From an uncultured Nitrospinota bacterium (GTDB taxonomy: Bacteria > Tectomicrobia > Entotheonellia > J063 > CAVPRW01), in NCBI GenBank assembly GCA_963707985.1, contig CAVPRW010000017.1, forward strand, positions 32,001-96,000: a DNA stretch of 64,000 bases. The letters run 5' to 3'. This document shows positions 55,810 to 64,000 of the stretch, in pieces; the stretch's first letter is position 1; each line of letters begins with the position of its first letter. Position numbers and translations under genes: made by a program. Under the pieces are notes generated by a model. It was not told where the DNA came from. It did not search any database and saw nothing but the letters and a program-made list of their open reading frames with translations.

Positions 55810-56905
55810 TTAATGGGCGGACCCGGCAATCATCGGGGGAGAATCGGACGAGGCCGGCCGGAACCCAAAGGCCTGCTCAAAGCGTTGGGCATACTTGGCC
55901 CAGGCCTCGGGATTGATCAGCCGCGGCGGGCGCTCGCCCCGGAAAATCTGCACCAGTTGCTCTGCATTCCACTGCGCCATGGCGTGGCGCGAGTCCACCG
56001 TGACGCCGGCGGTGTGATAAGTGGCGATGACATTGTCGAAGCTCAGGAGCTTGTGGTCCAGGGGCGGGGGCTCGACGTTCCAGACATCGATGCCGGCGCC
56101 AGCGATCTGGCCCGCTGTCAGGGCATCCGCCAGGGCGTCCTCGTCAGCGATCCCGCCGCGCGCCGTAGTGATGAGATAGGCATCCGGCCGCATCAGCGCG
56201 AGCTCGCGGCGGCCGATCAGGCCCTTGGTTTCGGCGTTGTACGGGCAGTGAATGGTGATGTAATCGGACTGGGCAAGAAGCTCGTCAAGGGTCACTTCAA
56301 CTGCCCCACGCTCCTGGAAATCTGCCGCTTCGATGTAGGGATCGTAGGCCAGCACGCGCATTTCAAGGCCCTTGCCACAGATGCGCGCCACCCGACGCCC
56401 AACCTCGCCCAACCCGATGATGCCGATGGTGCGTCCCTGGGCGTTGCGGCCCTTGAAGACCTCGCGGTCGACACCCCGTTGCGTGCGGAGGGAACGATCG
56501 GTCTGTGGAATGTTCTTGCTGAGGGAAAGTAGCATCGCCACCACATGCTCGGCCACGGCCTCCGCATTGGCGCCCGACTGATTGACGACAAGAACGCCAG
56601 CTTCTGTAGCAGGCAGCGACATCGACAGGGTCGAAACCTGCTCCCGAGGTGGAGAGTACCAACAGCTCTGGGCAGCGCGCGATCAGCGCTGCCGTGCCCT
56701 TATACTGATCCGGCACCTCATCCCGCGCCGAGGTGATGCAATAGGCATGGCAGGTGGCCATCACGGCCCAGTTCTGCTCCTCTGCTGCATCAAAGGCGAG
56801 ACGGTGCACCGTGAGCTCGGTTGTCTTGGCAATCTCGTCGGCAACATTCGGCGTCTTGTGATCATCGAACCAGAAAACGCGTTTAACGGCGCTGCTAGCA
56901 GACAT
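55810..56905 (-). CDS. D-2-hydroxyacid dehydrogenase (frameshift near 56620)
   Basis: GAGFD, GLGEVG, TARGG, IDVWNVEP, HTAG. Confidence 0.88.
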
Positions 56906-57475
56906 CTGGCGATCTCTCCTCGTCAATGATGGCCCTTCAAGAGCCAGGTACGCAATACGATGGCTTCCCGGCCTAAGCCCTTCCTTTTGAGGATGGGGTG
57001 GGCGGCGGGGCAAGAGCGGCACACGATACGCGATTGTGTCACATTCAGCTGAAGTGCCCCACAATGGATGTGCTGGTGGGAGCACCGGTATTATATATCA
57101 GTTCCCGTTCCAGGGGCGACGTTTTATGGGGTGTACGGCGGTATCGCGTGATAGGCCTGCTGACTGCAGCACAGATTAGGAGAGATCGACAGTATGTTAT
57201 TTGGGGCTACACTGATCTCGCCCAACTACCCGTCTGCCGTTTGCCTGCCGTCGGCGTGCCAGAAACTAAGCAATGGCTCAGTCGCGCTGACACCTGGGCG
57301 GGCTGCAACGCGAGCGGAAAAGGCGTTGACGCAGCTCAGCCAAATCTTGCAATGTACGCGCGGTAAGGTTATAGTCCGCAGAACAGTCCCCTGTCTTGGA
57401 CCAACGTGGGACTTGTCATGGAGGTAACAGATTCACAGCATAGCCAAGATTCACCTCAAAGAGGGGAGAGTACTC

Positions 57476-57976
57476 ATGGCCCACTCGCTCGAGCAGTTCG
57501 CCGCCGACTGTCATCGCATCCTGAAAGCTGATCCGAGTCCTACCGGGCGGCAGCAGGTGTGCACGCTATTGCAGGAGGTGCTGAAGGACGAGGACTTCAT
57601 CGCCACTCACTTGGGCGACGATGTGCCGGAACGTAAGGTTCTCTATGAAGACCCCGAGCTGGGTTTCTGTATCCTTGCCCACGTGAACCGCGGGGCGCGA
57701 GGCAGTATGCCACACGACCACGGTCCGTATTGGGCCATCTACGGACAGGCCCGTGGGGAGACTGAAATGACCGACTGGGAGCTGGTTGAACCAGCCAGTG
57801 TCGATAAGCCCGGCAAGGTGCGCTCGGTGAAGACCTACTCACTCAAGCCCGGCATGGCCTATGCCTACCATGAAGGCCAGTTACACTCACCACGGCGCGA
57901 GGGACCGACGCGCTTGATCCGCATCGAAGGCCGCAATATGGATAAGGTCAAACGCCTGGCCTATGAACCTGTATAG
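57476..57976 (+). CDS. Cupin, cysteine-dioxygenase-like
   Basis: PHDHG.YWAIYG..G.TE, GQLHSP. Confidence 0.75.
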   Translation: MAHSLEQFAADCHRILKADPSPTGRQQVCTLLQEVLKDEDFIATHLGDDVPERKVLYEDPELGFCILAHVNRGARGSMPHDHGPYWAIYGQARGETEMTDWELVEPASVDKPGKVRSVKTYSLKPGMAYAYHEGQLHSPRREGPTRLIRIEGRNMDKVKRLAYEPV

Positions 57977-58113
57977 CCAATTGGTCGGCATGCCCAACAG
58001 GCGATGGACCGGAAGGAGCCCCACGTCACCAGTCACCGCGGTGGCACATAGAGGACTATCGGCGTGGGGCACTCCACGAACCTCTCTCGGCAGAACATAG
58101 GACACTGGGACAA

Positions 58114-58686
58114 ATGGATCAAGAACGCGCACAACAACCGAGTACGTCCTCACCGAAGGAAATTGCGACCCTTGGCGGCGGCTGTTTCTGGTGCCTGGAA
58201 GCCGTGTATGATGAGGTCAACGGTGTGGAACGGGTGGAATCGGGCTACGCGGGTGGTATGATGCCCCAGCCCTCGTACGAGGCCGTCTGTTCCGGGACTA
58301 CCGGCCACGCAGAGGTGGTGCAGGTGACCTTTGATCCTCAGATCATCTCCTTTAAAGAGATCCTGGAGATTTTTTTCGCCATACATGACCCGACGACACT
58401 GAACCGCCAGGGTGCCGACGTGGGTACGCAGTATCGTTCAGCGATCTTCTATCATACTCCTGAACAACAGGAGATTGCAGCTCAAGTGATCAAAGAATTA
58501 ACCGCCGCGGAGCTCTGGAAATCGCCGATCGTAACCGAGGTTGTGCCATTAACGGCATTCTATCGCGCCGAGGACTACCATCAGGGATTCTTTCAGCAGC
58601 ACCCCGAACAACTCTACTGTCAGTTTGTCATCTCCCCCAAAATTGCCAAGTTCCGCAAGGGGTTTTTGGCCAAGCTAAAACCATAA
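58114..58686 (+). CDS. msrA: Peptide-methionine (S)-S-oxide reductase
   Basis: [23 protein letters not shown]. Confidence 0.97.
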   Translation: MDQERAQQPSTSSPKEIATLGGGCFWCLEAVYDEVNGVERVESGYAGGMMPQPSYEAVCSGTTGHAEVVQVTFDPQIISFKEILEIFFAIHDPTTLNRQGADVGTQYRSAIFYHTPEQQEIAAQVIKELTAAELWKSPIVTEVVPLTAFYRAEDYHQGFFQQHPEQLYCQFVISPKIAKFRKGFLAKLKP

Positions 58687-58708
58687 ACTCCGCCCATTGG
58701 GGGTTTCA
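58685..58708 (+). terminator. Possible intrinsic terminator after msrA
   Basis: AAACTCC..GGGGTTT inverted repeat; weak U tract. Confidence 0.35.
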
Positions 58709-59039
58709 GAAGCCTGACCGGGACTGCGTGAATGAGATCCAAGTCTTGGCGGGACGTGCTGTAGATGTGCTACAGCTCATTTCAAGGGCATGGTTGGCTG
58801 CACACCTCGATGATCAAAATCTACGGATTATCGAAGTAACAGCTGCTCCCGATGATGCATAGTATCGCCTGGGGGATATCTCAGGGGCGCTCAGGTGGTC
58901 TAGGAAAGAGGCCCTCTGGCACGCGATGGACACCCCGTAAGCACCAACATCCCGGCCTATGCCCCGGTCGGATCCCCTCCCAGCCATCTCGGACCTGACG
59001 AGGCGCGTGGGGCGTGAGGACGTCCGCTCCGGCCTCGGT

Positions 59040-59547
59040 CAGCCAGGACGCATCTTGTTAGACGTGCGCTCTGAAGAAGTTTGACGGCTCTCAGCAGCGG
59101 AAAACGCCTGGACGCCCCCGAATACATGCGGAGCTGGAAGCCCTGGTGGTGCGTCTGGCTCTGGAGAATCGCTCCTGGGGCTATGATCGCATTGCCGGTG
59201 CCTTGGCGCCTCTCGGTTATACCCTGAGTGACTAGACCGTAGGGAATATCCTCAAGCGCCATGGGATTCCCCCTGCACCAGCCCGTAAGAAAACCACCAC
59301 CTGGAGCGAATTTATCCGCATGCACATGGATATGCTCGTCGCCACAGACTTCTTCACCGCCGAGGTCTGGACATCTTGTGGCCTGGTGACCTATTACGTG
59401 CTGTTCTTTATCCATCTCGCCAGCCGTGGGGTCCATACCACGCAGAAGCAAAGTAGAGGAGCCGGGCCCTTTCTGGGGAAAGGACCTATCGAGTGCCGAG
59501 AACGGCTCGGTGGGCTCCTCAAGTACTACTACCGCGACGCTGCATGA
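59040..59547 (+). mobile_element. Degraded integrase-core transposase remnant
   Basis: LVVRLALENRSWGYDRIAG, TWSEFIR, ATDFFTAEV, CRERLGGLLKYYYR; internal stop and deletion. Confidence 0.8.
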
Positions 59548-59586
59548 GCGTTTCCCAGGCAAGGTGTCGGATAAGGATGAACGGCA

Positions 59587-59862
59587 ATGGCGACGGTCTC
59601 CACTGAAGATCCCCAATTCCAACTGGCCATTCAGGCATGCACGGTGGCCCTGCGACGGATGGCCGACTACGAGCTCGAGCCCTCTTTGCACCGGCGCATG
59701 CAGGCGTTGGGCAAGCGAAAGGAATTTCTCAGTCAGGGAGAACAGGAGGAATTACTCGCCCTGGTCGACTTCGCGCACAAGCGCACGATTGAGAAGCTGG
59801 AGTCTCAAGCCGCCTTGGACCGTCTGCGTGTCGCACTCCCCGGCGTGTTGTCCGAGGTATGA
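59587..59862 (+). CDS. Small hypothetical protein coupled to the HNH gene (antitoxin-like)
   Basis: 91 aa helical; ATGA overlap with the HNH start. Confidence 0.6.
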   Translation: MATVSTEDPQFQLAIQACTVALRRMADYELEPSLHRRMQALGKRKEFLSQGEQEELLALVDFAHKRTIEKLESQAALDRLRVALPGVLSEV

Positions 59863-61528
59863 ACACGCGTTCTGACCCACTCCGAGACGCGGTGGTCGAA
59901 CGTGCGGGCAATTGCTGTGAATACAGTCAATTGCCCGCGCGACTCCAGGTTGGTGGCTTTGAGGTCGACCATATCCTGCCCCGATCCCGAGGTGGACTGA
60001 CAGAGATGGCGAACCTCGCGTTGGCGTGCCCGCATTGCAACGCGCGTAAGTGGGCGCACGTGGATGGGGAGGATCCTGAGTTGGGACAGACGGTGGCGTT
60101 GTTCAATCCTAGTGTCGCTGGCACGAAGTCATGCAAGTCATTTAAGTAGCGTGCTTCGCGAACCATGTTCGCATGTTTTGATTGGTCCACGTCCATTCGA
60201 ATGGACTCGCATACAGCCGGTTGTATTCCGGCCAGGAGGCGTTGATATGGGCGATACACTCCTCCCGCTCATGCCATGCCCCACGCTTCAGATCATGATC
60301 ACTGAACGCATGGTTCAACAACTCTGCTTGGTTCAGCCAGGAGGCATGCGCGGGTGTGAAGCGGGGCCGCCACCACCATGGGAACGGTCGGCAGTACTCT
60401 CGGGTGCGCGCGGCGGTATGGCTGGGATCGCCATCCTGGATGAGGAACACCCCCCGCAGCCACCGGTGGCGCTGTCGAAACCGCCTCAGTGCGTGGATGG
60501 AGTGCTCGGCATCTTTTTGGGCCACACACACGGCTTCCATCCGCCCGGTGTGGACGATCAAGCACACCAGCACGTTGACCGTCCCATGTCGCCCGTAGTC
60601 GAATGCCTGCTGTGCAATGGCGCCAGGGATCGCACGCCGGAGAGGGGTGCGTTCCAAAATCTGCACAGTGGGCATCTCGTCAACGCACACCACCCACCTG
60701 CCGGTGTGAGCCAAGCCGACGGCCTTGGCATCGCACCACAGCACCTGTTCGGCACGGACCCTGAAGTGGTCATCCAAGCGGGCAGTCTTCCAATACCGCG
60801 TGCGATGCGGTCGCAGGTCCACCTCCCGCAAGATCTGGCGCATCGTGCGGGGGCTGATGGCGGCAACCATGCCGTCGGCGACCACGACCCGAGCCAAAGC
60901 CCGGCTCGACCAGTGCGTGATGTGCAACCCCTGGGCAATGGGCTCCAGGCACAGCCAATTCGACGATTTGAGCCCGCTGCAGGGGGGGAAATCTGCTGGG
61001 GACGCCCCGCGCGCGGAGCGTCCCTCAGCAGGGCTGCCAGTCCCCCCTGCTCATCGCGACGACAGCGTCGCCAGACCGTGGCCTCATGACACGGCAGCTG
61101 GCGGGCCACCGTTTGCGGGCGTTGTCCAGCACCAACAGCCAACATCATCCGGGCATGTTGCACCTGAAACCAAGGGAGGGACCGGCTACGAGCCATGCTT
61201 TGGAGAAGCGGGACATCGGCAGCTGCGATCTTCAGCGGACGAGGCTTTCGACCACGCATCGGGCAACCTCCTGTGCTGGGACTCAGGTACGCTTCGTCCC
61301 AGTATCGCCACTTGCCCTGAATTTCTTGCATTACTTCGTGCCGGGGACACTAGGTCACAGCGATGGGTCGACCACTTTCAGTGGTCCGAACAGCGCCCGT
61401 TCGAAATCGTGGAGATCACCGCACACGGACGAGTCACGGTAGCACGGTTGCAGATGAACTATCCTGACCTCGTTACCATCCGCCGTCTGTTGGCCGCATT
61501 AAGCCTCCCATGGCGAGCGGAAGTGTAA
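59859..61528 (+). pseudogene. HNH endonuclease interrupted by IS630
   Basis: RAGNCCEY, VDHILPRSRGG, NLALACPHCN; removing the IS restores LFNP-RSQRWVDHFQW. Confidence 0.9.
60112..61350 (-). mobile_element. Complete IS630-family element; transposase 61259..60142 with a frameshift at a C7 run
   Basis: Imperfect 26-bp terminal inverted repeats, TA duplication (60110-60111, 61351-61352), DDE motifs VDE, QDG, NQAE. Confidence 0.92.
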
Positions 61529-61805
61529 GACAGCAGTGGCTGGCTTGCCATCACCTCTGCCGTAAGAACAGATTCGAGTAATTTGACCGTACGGGTCACG
61601 ATTTGCCGGAAAGCGACTAAGGTCGTATATCACCTCCTAAGGCAATTGAAGAATTAGCGTATTCAAGTAGAGCCTCACGTTCGATTGTGGAACAGTCCAG
61701 ATATTGAGGCCTGAATGTAGACGCACCACGCCCCTTATCCCCGCCGGGATGATCGGCCCCGAGCCAGTCATGGGCGTGTTGTCACATGTCAAAGAGCCAC
61801 GTCTT

Positions 61806-63549
61806 TCAGGTCTGGGCCAATGGGGTCTTGCCCAGCGTATAGGTGACGTCTAGCACAAAGTTCAGCGCTCGACGCAGCAGCTGTGCCAGAGTCCGGATGG
61901 CGCCAGCAAAGCGAAAGGCTTTGAGCCCCCTCAGCCGTGGCGGTCGGCCGTTGGCGATGACTTCTTGGTCGTACCCGTTGGTCCGTTCACTGGCGGTGCG
62001 AGCCCCATAGAGCCGCTGCCACGTCGGGGTGCCACGCTGGATCGGCCCAATAAGGCGCGGATGGTCTTTGAATGTCATGCGGTGGCTATAGCCCAACACG
62101 CCAGAGGCGTGAGGGCATGCCTGCTGCTCCTGGAGCGGACAGGGCCGGCCACACACATATGGCCGCGAGTTGGCGTGGTAGTCGTAGCTATTGGAGCGAC
62201 ACAGGCGGCCGCAGGGGGCATAGGGCGTGCCGTTGGGGTCATAACCGCGCTTCATGAGGGACGCTGGATCGAGGTGTTCGTTGCGCGGGTTGTCGTCGAT
62301 CACTGCCACCCCACCCCGGTCGCGCAGCCAGCGGTCGTTGGCGGTGATGTCATAGGCCGAGTCCCCCAGATGGACCTGCCCCGGCAGCACCGGGATGGCC
62401 AGGGCGGCGCGATGGGCAATGACATGGGTGCCCGCATGGGCATCAGCCGGGGAGGTGGAGTGGCCCAGGGGCCATGCCAAGCCCAGTTCCCGGTTGATGT
62501 CGGTGGTCTTCTGGTGCAGATAGCCAAAGACGCGCTCGGTCTTGGTGGGGTCCTTGGTATCGATGTGGGAGCCCACTTGGGCCTCAAGGTCCGATGGCAC
62601 CTTGGGACAACTGCCCAGCAACTCACCCTGAGGCCCCTGGGTCAAGTGGCACCATTTGAGGCGCACCGCCGGGACCGCGTCTGCGGGCAGGCCCAGCAGC
62701 GTGGCGACCTGCTGGCGGTCCGGGCCTGAGGCCTGGCCGTCTGGGATGTCCTCGATCTCCAGCAGTGCCACCTTGGGGTCTTTGGGGCTGCCCTGCTTCG
62801 CGGTGGCCTGGCGGACCTTGTCGACGACCTCGGGAAACGGACAGGTCAGCTGGAGCCGCTTGGCACCGCTGTGCAACTGGCGGCACAGGTCCTGTTGGCC
62901 GGTCTCGTCCACCCGGAACGACCGGCAACCCTCACAGGCGTACGTACAGCCCTTATAGCGCGCATGGGAGGGTTCGAGCTGGCCATCAGTGGACAGCCGC
63001 TCGCCTTTGATGAGGCCAAAGGTGTAGAACAGGTCCACCACCGAGGTCATGGTCGTTTCGATGGCTTCGGCACCGACACGGTAGCGGAAGTGACTCAGGT
63101 CATCCTCGCCCGGGATAGCCTGGTGTAAGCCGGCCAGCTCGCGATAGCGACACCCCTTCTCCGGTTGGTGGAGATCGCCACAGAAGCGGGCATAGTCGAC
63201 GTACTGATCCACTTTGGCGGCCACCTCCAACACGACCAGGCTGGCTGGGTCGTCGCAGGGGCCGCCTCTGGCGCCATAGTGGGGCGCACAGATCGAGCGG
63301 GTGAAGCTGCAAGTCCATCGTGGCACCGATGAGCCAACTGAGACCACCTTCGACCTCACCCTCGCTCGTCAATGCCATTGGACGCGGCGCAAACTGATCG
63401 TGAGACAGCCAACGGCTGGGGGCCTTGGGAAAAGGCGTGGGGAACGTATCACGATGACGCTGATTGAGGGCGTCAGCATGGGCCGCAAACGCTTCCAGGT
63501 CAAAGGACGTGAGTTGCTCGTGGGAAAGCGATAGGATGTGTCGGCTCAT
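61806..63549 (-). mobile_element. DDE transposase (IS4/IS5-superfamily-like), frameshift near 63310
   Basis: STDG, FGY, GDSAYD, Y..RTASERTN (YREK-like). Confidence 0.75.
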
Positions 63550-64000
63550 AGTGGTTCCTCCTCGCACAGAGGGAACAGTTGAAGTTGGAACTGCTATGAT
63601 GCCTCATATTGGTTGATCGGGCACGCCCTCGCTTGGGAGTGCCGCCAGCATGGGGGGTAGAATTCTTCAACTGCCTAACCTCCTAGTAGCCTGTGACTTA
63701 CGTTTTACAAGGGTGCCAACACCTGCCTCATCAGTTCTTGCAAGCCGCGGAGATCTGCAGTCAGCGGCCACTGCCAGCGATCACTATTGAGACCTCTAGC
63801 AGCAGCGCTGCGATACGACTTAACAGGCTATTTCCGGCACACGTATCGAGTGCTCCGTACCGTATCTGCTCACTCAAGTTGGTTGGCCCTACGGCTCCTG
63901 TGTATTCTGATTGTGGGATCTTTTGTCCAGTTGTAGGATCTTTTGTCCAGTTATGGGTCGTGTAACCCCACGAGCACCACACCTACGGCGTGGGAATCCT

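Noticed and set aside
63910..63955. GGATCTTTTGTCCAGTT direct repeat as CRISPR
   Set aside because: Only two adjacent copies, no spacers, no cas genes.

Overview
GC-rich bacterial DNA with many single-base frameshifts, including compensating pairs, most likely from an unpolished long-read assembly. About 54 kb (1-54.2 kb) is one co-directional minus-strand cluster that runs off the left edge. Its core is a reducing type II PKS/FAS set: ACP, active KS, Cys-less chain-length-factor-like KS, FabZ and FabG. It also encodes a lone HMG-CoA-reductase homologue, a phytoene-desaturase-family enzyme, an SDR-acyltransferase fusion, an ABC1 kinase/pseudokinase pair, a flavin-dependent halogenase, carotenoid-cleavage oxygenases, patatin, an alpha/beta hydrolase, three paralogues with dirigent/allene-oxide-cyclase-like motifs, two TPR+FG-GAP (CRTAC1/UnbV-type) proteins each preceded by a redoxin, two possible DUF1702/UnbL-like proteins, four DinB copies, a probable AhpD-like selenoprotein and a LamG/FG-GAP protein. 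Five ORFs or ORF remnants share an N-terminal amphipathic segment (MRELxKSxLSFSWxMSLFG), which may be a targeting or assembly tag. I do not recognise this combination as a described pathway. The right 10 kb has two D-2-hydroxyacid dehydrogenases, a cupin, msrA, an HNH gene split by a complete IS630 element, and other transposases. All family calls come from motif reading by eye; no searches were run.
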